Positions 8,771 through 17,954 of a DNA stretch of 36,616 nt are shown in pieces. The translations under genes were made by a program, and so were the position numbers. The notes below the pieces were generated by a model. That model ran no database searches. It was given only the letters and a program-made list of their open reading frames with translations, and was not told the origin of the DNA. This DNA comes from Candidatus Parvarchaeota archaeon (GTDB lineage: Archaea; Nanobdellota; Nanobdellia; Parvarchaeales; Parvarchaeaceae), in NCBI GenBank assembly GCA_027366075.1, contig DAHXLI010000028.1, positions 1 through 36,616 of the forward strand, in the 5' to 3' direction. Positions within the stretch are counted from its first letter, which is position 1; the number at the start of each line of letters is the position of its first letter.

Positions 8771-10486
8771 ATGAATATAACCGAGATTGTAAGATACCAA
8801 AAAATGATAGCCGCAGCCAGTCCAAAAGTCGCAAAAAGCTGGGTAGACGAACTAAAGACAAGGGCGTGCGGACTTAATACCCGTTATCGCGGATCGATAT
8901 CTGAGTTAAAATACGCCAATAAAATCTATAAACCTGACATAAACCTACTTGGAAACCAAAATGGCTTTTTTCTTTCGATCGATATAGAAAACGCATATCA
9001 ATTCCAGTCAGAATATAATGGGGTACATCAGGAATTAAAGGCACTTGGTTATGCCGAAAATCTAAAAACGGCCGAATCAGTAGATCCCGCGGCTCTTTCT
9101 AACCTCATGACGATGGCCTTTGAGAAAAGAAAAGCGCTTGAAGATAGGGCGATGCAACTCTTAGGAAGCGTTAACACGGTTGTAAAATCGATAATATCCA
9201 TAACGTACGAGTTAAAAGAGTTGGACAGGAATTATTCTTTTTATAAACTGGCAGAATCAAGCGACCTCCAAAAGAAGGCGGCCTCAGAACTTGCCTTAAA
9301 AAGGATCTTTATCGATAATGTAGATGCAAGGAAAGGGGGTGCAAGCTTAAGCGCGTTATCAAGGGCGCCAACGCAGGGGCAAGGTGGCGCAGGCTTTATA
9401 GATTTAATATCCGTCTTCTATTCCGTAAAGAGTCTAAAAGACACAGAAGCCCTGCAGAGAAATGAACAGTATAAGAATATAATAAAGAACAGGTACGTAG
9501 AATACGAAGAGTGGAAAAAAATAAACAAGGCGGACCTCAGCAACAGGAGAGAAATGCTCCTCCAATATCTAAAGAGCCAGGCCGCGGCATATGAGATGTA
9601 TAAAAATTGGGCCGTAGAATCATTAAGCATTTTAAATAGGATAAACATGAAAGGCGTTACAAACGCTAGCGATTACATGAATGCCGCTAAAAGACCGGAC
9701 ATAATGGAAACGTCAGAATTTTCGGTGGAAGTAATGGCAGCAAAATCGATGTATGTGCGAGAATATGAAGTGGAATATCAAAGGGCATTTGGAACAAAGG
9801 GACCAGAACTGCCATCTAAAGTAACTCCATTAGGTAAGCTCCTTACAGAGGGACCAAAAGAGGGGAGTAGGTCGTTCTTACATACCAGTTTGAGAAAACA
9901 TGGCCCAAAAGTCGTTGCAGCGTTAGAGGCATCGTTCAGCTTCACAGAGAAGCAGTTCTTTCCTAAAGGCGTTCCTCAAGACAGGGCGCAATACATGGGC
10001 ACACTGGGTATTAAAATAAAACCTTATTGCTTTACGCTTGATGAATGGTATCTTTTCAAGAAAGCTTTAGAAACCTACATAAACAAGACCGTTTTCCAAA
10101 ACCTAGACCAAGTATCAGTATCTTCGCTGAACGTGATAAAGAAGGATCTCGATAAATACATTGCAGAGGCTGAAAAGAAAGACGAAAAAGAAAAGCCAAA
10201 ATCAAATTACGCGCTTTTCGATATCTATCAAGCTTTCAAGGACGATCTTGTTGGCATAAACAAATCCATGTCTTTCGTCGCAGGCGCAGGCGAAAAAAGA
10301 GCGTTTGACCCAAATATTTATGAAATAGAGGTAAGTCATAGGATGTTCAACAGGTTCAGAACCAAAGATGCGGTAGCAGTGGGTCTTTTTAGATCAAATG
10401 CGGATGCTTCATTGATATATGAAGAATTCAAAAGAAGAAAAAAATTATTGAATCCACTTTCAACATTTGATAACCAGTTGTTTTGA
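8771..10486 (+). CDS. Large hypothetical soluble, largely helical protein (571 aa)
   Basis: Long ORF with a TATA-like TTTATATA about 25-32 nt upstream. No TM segment or recognisable catalytic motif. Confidence 0.8.
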   Translation: MNITEIVRYQKMIAAASPKVAKSWVDELKTRACGLNTRYRGSISELKYANKIYKPDINLLGNQNGFFLSIDIENAYQFQSEYNGVHQELKALGYAENLKTAESVDPAALSNLMTMAFEKRKALEDRAMQLLGSVNTVVKSIISITYELKELDRNYSFYKLAESSDLQKKAASELALKRIFIDNVDARKGGASLSALSRAPTQGQGGAGFIDLISVFYSVKSLKDTEALQRNEQYKNIIKNRYVEYEEWKKINKADLSNRREMLLQYLKSQAAAYEMYKNWAVESLSILNRINMKGVTNASDYMNAAKRPDIMETSEFSVEVMAAKSMYVREYEVEYQRAFGTKGPELPSKVTPLGKLLTEGPKEGSRSFLHTSLRKHGPKVVAALEASFSFTEKQFFPKGVPQDRAQYMGTLGIKIKPYCFTLDEWYLFKKALETYINKTVFQNLDQVSVSSLNVIKKDLDKYIAEAEKKDEKEKPKSNYALFDIYQAFKDDLVGINKSMSFVAGAGEKRAFDPNIYEIEVSHRMFNRFRTKDAVAVGLFRSNADASLIYEEFKRRKKLLNPLSTFDNQLF

Positions 10487-10489
10487 CCT

Positions 10490-10663
10490 ATGGCGAATAG
10501 AAAAGGAGAGATGCCAATAACAGAGATCATAGCGATAGTCATTGCGATAATAGTGCTTCTTATCGGGGTAGTAATAGCACTTTATTTCAGTAGCGGGGGG
10601 TCAAGCCTTGGGGATTCAATATTCAAAACCCTTTCCTTTAGCTGGCTTTTCGGCAATGGATAA
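10490..10663 (+). CDS. Micro-pilin 1 (57 aa, class III-like signal peptide); not in ORF track
   Basis: Hand translation: MANRKG/EMPITEIIAIVIAIIVLLIGVVIALYFSSGGSSLGDSIFKTLSFSWLFGNG*. Starts 3 nt after the upstream stop. Confidence 0.8.
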   Translation: MANRKGEMPITEIIAIVIAIIVLLIGVVIALYFSSGGSSLGDSIFKTLSFSWLFGNG

Positions 10664-10829
10664 AAAAGCATCGATTCAAAGTAGCACATTCCTTTACATA
10701 ATCCTTCTGATAATAGTGATTTTACTGATAATAATCTTCCTAGAATTTTTCTCGCCGTATAAAATAACGAACCTTTTCGATTCGTTTATAAATTCAGGGA
10801 ATAATATAAACGGTAACAATTATGCTTAA
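10656..10829 (+). CDS. Micro-pilin 2 (57 aa)
   Basis: MDKKA/SIQSSTFLYIILLIIVILLIIIFLEFF... The ATG at 10656 overlaps the previous gene by 8 nt (the track start 10608 is too early). Confidence 0.78.
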   Translation: MDKKASIQSSTFLYIILLIIVILLIIIFLEFFSPYKITNLFDSFINSGNNINGNNYA

Positions 10830-10965
10830 TAAAAAAGGAGTTACTGATTATATCTTGCTTCTCATAATCATAATAGTAATATCGGTAGTGCTCGTGATAT
10901 TTTATTTGGTGGTGTACGGAAGCGCACCCGGCATATTCCCAAAGATTCCAAACCCATTCGGATAA
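10822..10965 (+). CDS. Micro-pilin 3 (47 aa); not in ORF track
   Basis: Hand translation: MLNKKG/VTDYILLLIIIIVISVVLVIFYLVVYGSAPGIFPKIPNPFG*. Overlaps the previous gene by 8 nt. Confidence 0.8.
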   Translation: MLNKKGVTDYILLLIIIIVISVVLVIFYLVVYGSAPGIFPKIPNPFG

Positions 10966-10969
10966 CGAT

Positions 10970-11158
10970 ATGTCAAGACTTAATAAAAAGGGGATTACCG
11001 AGGCAACGATATACTATATAATAGCAATAGCGCTGGGCATAACCGTTGTGGTAGTTTACATACTATTGGTAGGGCCGGGTACGATAGTAACCTACATATC
11101 CAACTTTTTCGGAGGGTTCTTGCACCTGGTTACCGGCGGATTAAGCACTAACGGTTGA
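10970..11158 (+). CDS. Micro-pilin 4 (62 aa)
   Basis: MSRLNKKG/ITEATIYYIIAIALGITVVVVYILLVG...ISNFFGGFLHLVTGG. Confidence 0.8.
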   Translation: MSRLNKKGITEATIYYIIAIALGITVVVVYILLVGPGTIVTYISNFFGGFLHLVTGGLSTNG

Positions 11159-11206
11159 AATAAAATATAATAAACTTATATTCAGTGAATAAGATAATAA
11201 TTAGAT

Positions 11207-11776
11207 ATGATAACTTACAGCGAGTTCACCCGCATAAGGAGACTGGAGCAGGAAGAGAGGACGCTTACAAAATTGACTAACGAAACCATTGAAGAGATGA
11301 AAGAGTATATCGCGATCAATAAAAAATCTCTAGAAGAAGCAAAGAAAATGGACGACCAGAAGAGGGCCGAGGAAATATCTACCCAGATAAAGAATGCTAT
11401 AAACGCGTTTGACCAGATAATAACGGCTAGGATGGGAAAAATTGCGACGATGACTATACAAGGAACTAATCTAGATCAGGCAAGGAGCAACCTTACCTCT
11501 GAGGAACTTATACTCTTTGACAACATGCTGAAGCTGGTCAACGAGCACAAGGGTAAACTGGTAAGGGAAATAAAAGAAATCCCACCAAGAGAGCTACAAA
11601 AGATAGAGCCAGAAGAGAATACAAATAAGATAGTAATAAAGATAACAGCAGATGTCCCCCGGTTTGTGTGGAAAAATAATAAGACCTACGGGCCTTTCTC
11701 TTTTCCAAACGTAATAGAGATAGACAGAGACGTAGCTAACATCCTTATAAAGGGCGGAAAAGCAATAGGTGTCTGA
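11207..11776 (+). CDS. DNA replication GINS subunit (Gins51/Gins15 type)
   Basis: ITYSEF..IRRLEQ...LTKL helical A domain, RMGKI, NLTSEE, and C-terminal B domain ITADVPRFVWKNNKTYGPF...ANILIKGGKA. Confidence 0.8.
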   Translation: MITYSEFTRIRRLEQEERTLTKLTNETIEEMKEYIAINKKSLEEAKKMDDQKRAEEISTQIKNAINAFDQIITARMGKIATMTIQGTNLDQARSNLTSEELILFDNMLKLVNEHKGKLVREIKEIPPRELQKIEPEENTNKIVIKITADVPRFVWKNNKTYGPFSFPNVIEIDRDVANILIKGGKAIGV

Positions 11777-13304
11777 TGTCCATCAGAAAAGGAAAAATAG
11801 AAGAGCGAGAGTATCAAAAAAACATCTTTGAAAATGCGAAGAATTCCAACACGCTCGTCGTTCTTCCCACCGGTCTAGGTAAAACTGTAATAAGCGTGTT
11901 AGTAGTAGATTACAGATTAAGCAAGTACAAAGATTCTATGGCACTTTTTTTGGCGCCCACAAAACCGCTAGTAAGCCAACATTATAAGACGTTCTCGGCT
12001 TTAATGGACGTTAAGCTTGGTATGACGAGTGGCGAGACTAAAAAAGCCGACAGGCAAAACGTATACGAAACGTCCAGGTTGATTTTTGCGACGCCGCAGA
12101 CCGTGGAAAATGACATAGAGAACGGAAATATAGATTTTTCAGATTTTAGCCTGCTTATAGTAGATGAGGCACATCACACGGTTGGAAATTACGCTTATGT
12201 AAAGATAGCAAAGGAATACATGATGAAATCGGCACACCCGCTTATACTCGGCTTGACCGCGTCTCCAGCTTCGGATCAGGAAAAAATAAATCTAATCTGT
12301 AGAAACCTAAGCATAGCCAACGTCGAGATAAGAGGAGAAGACGACCCAGACGTGGCGCCGTATGTAAAGTCAAAAACCATAGAAGAAATAAGGCTGGAAT
12401 TGCCCAATGAAATCTTGGAGATAATCTCTTATCTAAAGATATTCATACAAGAGCAGGTAGTCGCGCTTCAGCATGTAGGGTTGCTAAAAGACGCCGCGCT
12501 TAACAGGATAAATCGAAGGACAATACTTATGCTCCAGAAAAGTTTACAAGCGCGAATGTTCTCCGGGAATAGAAATTTCTACACAATAAGGGGCATAATA
12601 ATAACGTCAAAACTTTTGAAATTATACCACGCACTGAACCTTATCTCTACCCAGAGCGTAGGAGCTTTCAATAGATTCATCCAAAAAATAATAAATGAAG
12701 GCACGTCAAAGACGGATAAAGAGCTGGCAAAGGCGGAACAGATAAGATGGCTATTCGAAAAATCACAGAAGATATTAGATAGCGGAGTGGAGCACCCAAA
12801 GCTGAAAGAGCTAAGCAAGATACTTTCCGATTCTTTTTCTTCGGAGCAGAAAGCCATAATATTCACGCAATACAGGGACACCGTAGATGTCATATACGAC
12901 ACCGTACGGCGCAATGAAGGCGTAAGACCTGTCAAATTCATAGGACAGGGAAAGAGCGGCCTTTCTCAGAAGAAACAGATTGAAATAATAAAAGACTTTG
13001 AGGCAGGGGTTTACAATGTGCTCGTTTCGACTAGTGTAAGCGAGGAGGGGATGTCGATAAAGGGCGCGGACCTGGCAATATTTTATGAGACAGTGCCGAG
13101 CGGAATAAGGTCGATACAGCGAAGAGGCCGCGTAGGCAGGTTTAACGCGGGAAAGATATTCATACTTATAACAGAAGGTACAAACGATGAAGGATATTAT
13201 TGGGTGTCAAAAGAAAAGAGAGTAAGATGAAAAAACTTATAAAAAATATAAAAGCTAACCCGAATACCCTGAAAAATGACGGTACTTTAAACCCGTTTGT
13301 TTGA
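11776..13304 (+). CDS. hef: Hef/FANCM/Mph1-like SF2 helicase without nuclease domain; apparent 1-nt frameshift near 13209-13212
   Basis: REYQ, LPTGLGKT, APTKPLV, DEAHH, GLTASP, STSVSEEG, IQRRGRVGR. Adding one A gives YYWVSKRKESKMKKLIK...NPFV* ending at 13304 (track ORF ends at 13230). Confidence 0.88.
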
Positions 13305-13305
13305 T

Positions 13306-13776
13306 TTAGCCGCACGGAAGAAGAATGTCTGATGCGCCACCGGGAGAATAAAAGAAACCGTCTATGGCGGTGTTAGAACCGCTAGTGTTGCAGGTGTATA
13401 AGTAATATTTTTGAGTACTCCCTTTCGTTACAGTTATATTGGTATTGATGTCGCTTTCTCCAGCCACATAACTTTGTATTTTTCCAGTTATGTTACTATA
13501 CAAGGTATAAGTCAGCCCCGGGCTCCCATCTGACACGTATAACTCGTATGTGCACGATGCGCTGGAACTTGTAGTAAAATTATTTATTAAGGTCAGGCCG
13601 CAAACGGCTGGCTGCGTATTGAGCTTTGGCACAGTTTTTCCCAAGTCAAAAAGGGAAAAATGAAACACGTTGCTTAAAATTACGAATGCTATCACTAAGA
13701 AAGACACTAATATTATTATCACTGCCACTTTCTCTACCGATGAACTCCCCTTTTTGTTTAAGACGTTACTGCGCAT
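13306..13776 (-). CDS. Class III signal peptide pilin-like protein (4 Cys)
   Basis: NKKG/SSSVE + hydrophobic helix, followed by a beta-rich S/T/Y domain. Confidence 0.75.
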   Translation of the reverse strand: MRSNVLNKKGSSSVEKVAVIIILVSFLVIAFVILSNVFHFSLFDLGKTVPKLNTQPAVCGLTLINNFTTSSSASCTYELYVSDGSPGLTYTLYSNITGKIQSYVAGESDINTNITVTKGSTQKYYLYTCNTSGSNTAIDGFFYSPGGASDILLPCG

Positions 13777-15245
13777 ACATACATCTGATTTCTCCCTAAA
13801 AGATTAGGTGCTGTTCCAGCTAGCTGGCTGAAGTAATCTTCAAGGGAAGTCACGCACCCCTGCAACCCACTCGTAGTGTAGAGAGCAGTTGTAATAGCCT
13901 TTGTGGCCGAAGTGTCTACATATTGGTTGCAAAGCGTGTTACTTTGGCACCGGCCGTAAAGATACCCCACCGCCCCGGCCCCAGCTAATGTAACTATACT
14001 AGGATTACCAGTTAAGGCAGGAGTGCCTATTGCAGCGCCGTAAACCGCTAACGCTTCTGAACATTGGTACTCTATCCCCGTGGTCGGGTAATTGTTAAGC
14101 CAAGTTTGTTGAAAACATTCTGGTGGCATGGAGACGGTAGCGGGAGGAAGCGCGCTATTAGCGAAACTATTCAGATAAACGACGTACAGCTCCGCGTTGT
14201 TTATGCTAATATTCGAATATACACCGACATTTTCCGACTGTCCGCTAGTCTTATTTTTGTAACTGTACAGGAGATTTACGCCCGGCGCAAGATAATCAAA
14301 GTAGGAAACATTAACGACAGAGTTGTTATTTACAGGTTCGGTGAGAGTACACAGGTTAGGTGGCCTATAATCGCCGGTATTCGAATCGTATTGGACCGTG
14401 CAGTTTGTATAACCATACGGAGTCTGCGCACAAAAGTCATTAAAAGTCTGTGTACAGCTACCGACTTGGCCTGTCGAATTAGTGCAGCTAAGAGTGGCTT
14501 TGTTAAAGTAGCATCCCTGTGTAGGGTCACAAAGATACGCTGAAAGGTTATTTGCTGCGGTCGTCACAGCCGTGGTGCTGTTGAGAAATATATTTTGTAG
14601 GGCGTATCCAGCGCCCGTAGGGTTATAGCCTTGTTGGTATTCGCAGCTGAAGTAATCGTACGAAGGCGCAGTGCACTGGGTCGGAGTAGTCGTATCGCAG
14701 GAAAAGCCGTCTGGATTTGCAGCACTTTGATAATTAGCGCACGACTGTTCCGCGGTATGGTTTAGGCAACTTATCTGCTGTGACAAAGCGACGCTTTTTA
14801 GATACTGCGTAAGGTTGTAGAAGGTAAGATTTTTTTGATTGCCGAATGAAACGCCTATGACACTGCAAAGCGCTGGAGAATTATAGAGCACATCTAGGCC
14901 GGAATTCGCGCCGTACTGGTACCAGCAGGTACCGAGCGCATCGGCTACGCCGCTAAAAAGTTGACCTGTAGTAGAACTTGAGGTGTAAGTCTGCGTAGCC
15001 GGCGAGCAGCCTATCAAAGGTGGCGCGCCTACTAACGCCTGTATCGTAGTGGATATACAAAAGAATTTGCTTATACAAAGGTCGTTATAAAAGAAATTTG
15101 TGACCTGAGAACTGCCGTAACATGAAGTAGCGTTCGTAAATCCAAAACCGAAAAGCAGGAAATATGCGAAAACAAGCACTATCACAAAGATAAAGATGAC
15201 GAAAAGTATTATAAATACAAAATTCTCACCCGCGGTCTCAGCCAT
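13758..15245 (-). CDS. Membrane-anchored Cys-rich surface protein (495 aa, ~24 Cys)
   Basis: N-terminal TM helix, many N-x-S/T sequons, very few charged residues. Confidence 0.8.
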   Translation of the reverse strand: MAETAGENFVFIILFVIFIFVIVLVFAYFLLFGFGFTNATSCYGSSQVTNFFYNDLCISKFFCISTTIQALVGAPPLIGCSPATQTYTSSSTTGQLFSGVADALGTCWYQYGANSGLDVLYNSPALCSVIGVSFGNQKNLTFYNLTQYLKSVALSQQISCLNHTAEQSCANYQSAANPDGFSCDTTTPTQCTAPSYDYFSCEYQQGYNPTGAGYALQNIFLNSTTAVTTAANNLSAYLCDPTQGCYFNKATLSCTNSTGQVGSCTQTFNDFCAQTPYGYTNCTVQYDSNTGDYRPPNLCTLTEPVNNNSVVNVSYFDYLAPGVNLLYSYKNKTSGQSENVGVYSNISINNAELYVVYLNSFANSALPPATVSMPPECFQQTWLNNYPTTGIEYQCSEALAVYGAAIGTPALTGNPSIVTLAGAGAVGYLYGRCQSNTLCNQYVDTSATKAITTALYTTSGLQGCVTSLEDYFSQLAGTAPNLLGRNQMYVCAVTS

Positions 15246-15281
15246 ACAGATTTTAAACGCTATTTAATATAAATAATGCTT

Positions 15282-16211
15282 TTAAACAGCCGTACTATTT
15301 GTTATGCATACAAATGCGCGGTCTTGGCTTAGGACCATTGTATTAAGCAATTTACCGCAGAAAGCAATTACAAAGTTCCCGCATGCGCCTATTACATTAT
15401 CTTCAGAGTTATACGTAAGTGATCTTGGGTTGCTCAAAGAGCTTATTGGCAAGTTTATAGCGCCCAGTTTCTGGTCCGTTGAATTATCATAATTGCAGGC
15501 GTTACCTACGTCTGGTTGGTTGAATTTTGACACATAGTCACATTGAGTATTAAAATTTAGGGTGCAATCGGTGCCGGAAAGCCCGCCCGAGGGATAACCG
15601 AAATAGTATATGACATAAGTGGAGCCGTTTAATACTTCTTCGGCAGGGTTCGTGTAATTCGCAAGCCCCCCCGTACCATTTGTTATAAAAGTTATCTGCA
15701 GAGGGCTTCCGGTATTCTGATAATTATTGTCTATATAATCTATGAGTTGGTTGTAAGTCGTGATCCCACTCCCGGCCCCACTATTAAGTATCTTGCCGGT
15801 ATAGCACTCGAATAGTTGGTTTAATCCAGAACTTACTATCGACGTGCCGGTATTGGCATTGGAACCCTGGAATAGATTGAAACAAGAAGCCGCCTTTGTA
15901 TAGAGTTGTTCAGCCAATGACGATGTATCCTGCGCGTTGACGTTGGAATTCTGGGTGCACGCGCCCTGGATCTGAGAAGCAGCGACTGGGTTGTTTACAT
16001 ATGACTGGCCCACCAGGGGTGCGACAAGGAAAGAGACCGGGAACAAAAATGTATCTACTACGTTGTATTCCACGAATGAAAAATAACATTTCGCGCCGAA
16101 ATCGGTAGCGCCTATCGAGGTCGCAAAGGATATGCTAAAAACGAAAAGCACTACGCCACCTATAACTATTATTATCAACGAGATAATCACCAAAAGTACG
16201 CCTTGTTCCAT
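15282..16211 (-). CDS. Membrane-anchored Cys-rich surface protein (309 aa, 10 Cys), probable paralog of 13758-15245
   Basis: N-terminal TM helix. Shares the CY...GxC...C(F/W)...LxxY(I/L)...VC pattern with its neighbour. Confidence 0.8.
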   Translation of the reverse strand: MEQGVLLVIISLIIIVIGGVVLFVFSISFATSIGATDFGAKCYFSFVEYNVVDTFLFPVSFLVAPLVGQSYVNNPVAASQIQGACTQNSNVNAQDTSSLAEQLYTKAASCFNLFQGSNANTGTSIVSSGLNQLFECYTGKILNSGAGSGITTYNQLIDYIDNNYQNTGSPLQITFITNGTGGLANYTNPAEEVLNGSTYVIYYFGYPSGGLSGTDCTLNFNTQCDYVSKFNQPDVGNACNYDNSTDQKLGAINLPISSLSNPRSLTYNSEDNVIGACGNFVIAFCGKLLNTMVLSQDRAFVCITNSTAV

Positions 16212-16369
16212 TAAAGACCGCCGAACAAGCCCGAAAAGAAATTAAAAGGCGAACCGCTGTTTGAACTCGCATAATATAAAATCAATATTATAAGTATCGC
16301 TACTATTGCTGTAGCCATCACTATAATCATCCATATTATTCTCCATTCTACGCTTCCTTTAGTGTTCAT
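16211..16369 (-). CDS. Micro-pilin 5 (52 aa); not in ORF track
   Basis: Hand translation: MNTKG/SVEWRIIWMIIVMATAIVAILIILILYYASSNSGSPFNFFSGLFGGL*. 1 nt gap upstream and a TAATG overlap downstream. Confidence 0.8.
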   Translation of the reverse strand: MNTKGSVEWRIIWMIIVMATAIVAILIILILYYASSNSGSPFNFFSGLFGGL

Positions 16370-16370
16370 A

Positions 16371-16883
16371 TCACTGGCCTATGCACGAGGAACAGAGTGG
16401 ACTGTCGCCCGTTATGCATGTAGGTATGCTAGTGTCGCAATTTTGTATGTCCGTGGCATTGTCGGCAACTATCGTGCTACTCTGGCAACTTTCGAGGGCA
16501 GCGGTATTTGAAGGACCTAAGATCTTGCAATTTTGCAATACGCTTGCCGGCGGATTTTGTATGCAGTTTTGAACGACAGAGTTACTGCCATGGCCGTTCG
16601 TCCAATAATCATAGTAACACCAGTTTGTTATACATGTCGTGTTTGCGGTAGCCTGATCATAACAAGCATTGGTAAGGTAACATCTAAAAAGCGGCGTCCC
16701 TTCCATTCTATTGGGCGTGCCGTATTCTGCCTGGGTAAACTGGTTCTCGAGGAGGTTATTGTTATTGCAGCCTATCGGGAACACTTCTGAAAAATTCTGA
16801 TAGAAGATGAAGAAGACCACAAGGGCCACTATGAGAGAGAAAAGCACTTCGTACCATATGAACTCTTCGGTGTTTCCAGCCAT
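16371..16883 (-). CDS. Membrane-anchored Cys-rich protein (170 aa, 12 Cys)
   Basis: N-terminal TM helix, three QNC motifs, first gene of the operon. Confidence 0.75.
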   Translation of the reverse strand: MAGNTEEFIWYEVLFSLIVALVVFFIFYQNFSEVFPIGCNNNNLLENQFTQAEYGTPNRMEGTPLFRCYLTNACYDQATANTTCITNWCYYDYWTNGHGSNSVVQNCIQNPPASVLQNCKILGPSNTAALESCQSSTIVADNATDIQNCDTSIPTCITGDSPLCSSCIGQ

Positions 16884-16946
16884 GACTCTGATTGGTTTTA
16901 GTATAATTTAAGTTTTGATTTGGACGCAGGGACGTAAGGCGGAGGT

Positions 16947-17354
16947 CTACTTGATGGCCCTGTCGTGCAGAATCACTTCAAACCACTTATATTGGCCGTT
17001 TTCTACCAAGAAATAAGAACCGACCACATCCATGTTCTTATACGTTTTTTGAGTCCTCGTTTCCGCGATTTTTTGCTTGCTGACAGCGAGGTTGAAATAT
17101 ATACCCGTCTTGCTCGGTCTTCGCGCATGGACTGGCCTTGGCCTTCTGAAGCTCCCTTTCGCCACCCGTACCCTTACGATCACGTAGCCCGTCTTAGCCT
17201 TGTAACCGAGCATCTTTGCCCTGGTAAGCCTAGTAGGCCTTTCGACTCTTTCCAAGATAGAACCTTTTTCGGCGCTTAGAAGCAAAGCTTTCTTCGTGGC
17301 TTTATCCTTAAACATCAGTCTTTCGTTGTCTCTTATATACTTAAATGATCCCAT
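16947..17354 (-). CDS. rpl15e: 50S ribosomal protein L15e (short form)
   Basis: RVERPTRLTRAKMLGYKAKTGYVIVRVRV...RRP...SYFLVENGQYKWFEVIL. Confidence 0.95.
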   Translation of the reverse strand: MGSFKYIRDNERLMFKDKATKKALLLSAEKGSILERVERPTRLTRAKMLGYKAKTGYVIVRVRVAKGSFRRPRPVHARRPSKTGIYFNLAVSKQKIAETRTQKTYKNMDVVGSYFLVENGQYKWFEVILHDRAIK

Positions 17355-17412
17355 AGAGTTTAAGTATAAATCTTAGGATATAAATATCTTTTTGTCCTCT
17401 GTCGAAGACTGA

Positions 17413-17922
17413 TTATCCGCTGACCGCGCCCTCTATTTCTATCGCTTGTGGGAATAGAGGCGAAGACACGTTCGCGGGCTTATAGTAGATGTCTATCGAA
17501 GCCGTCCACGACGTCGGTAACGACAGCGTAAGATTGCATTCTGCGTAGCCTAGGTCCGGTATATACAGGTTTGGCAGGGCGGAACCAGGTACTTTGGTGC
17601 TATTTTCTATTGTGCTAACGCATTTGCCGGTCGAAAAACTCTGGTTTATGCCAGACGCTATAAAGTATATCTTGCTTATGTTTATGTTCTCGTTTAAGAT
17701 ATTTTGGAAACGAATATAATAGAATCCGGTCGCATTACAGCCGCTGCCGCAATATCCTTGTCCTGTGACTAACAGTCCCGTAAATCCTGAGTAGGTACTC
17801 GACGGCGCGGAAGAGAAGATATTAGGATAAAATATGAAAAGTATCGCCAAGGCGGCTGCGATTATTATGAATGCGATACTGTACCCTAAGAGCATTTCAA
17901 GCATGCTCTGTCCCTTAGCCAT
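17413..17922 (-). CDS. Class III signal peptide pilin-like protein
   Basis: MAKG/QSMLEMLLGYS + hydrophobic helix. Minus-strand TTAAATA about 22-28 nt upstream. Confidence 0.8.
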   Translation of the reverse strand: MAKGQSMLEMLLGYSIAFIIIAAALAILFIFYPNIFSSAPSSTYSGFTGLLVTGQGYCGSGCNATGFYYIRFQNILNENINISKIYFIASGINQSFSTGKCVSTIENSTKVPGSALPNLYIPDLGYAECNLTLSLPTSWTASIDIYYKPANVSSPLFPQAIEIEGAVSG

Positions 17923-17954
17923 AGAATACTTTTAAGATACGGATATTTAACGAT

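Noticed and set aside
13205..13230. Genuine early stop of Hef
   Set aside because: One missing A in an A run. Restoring it gives the expected ...SKRKESKMK continuation up to the convergent gene.
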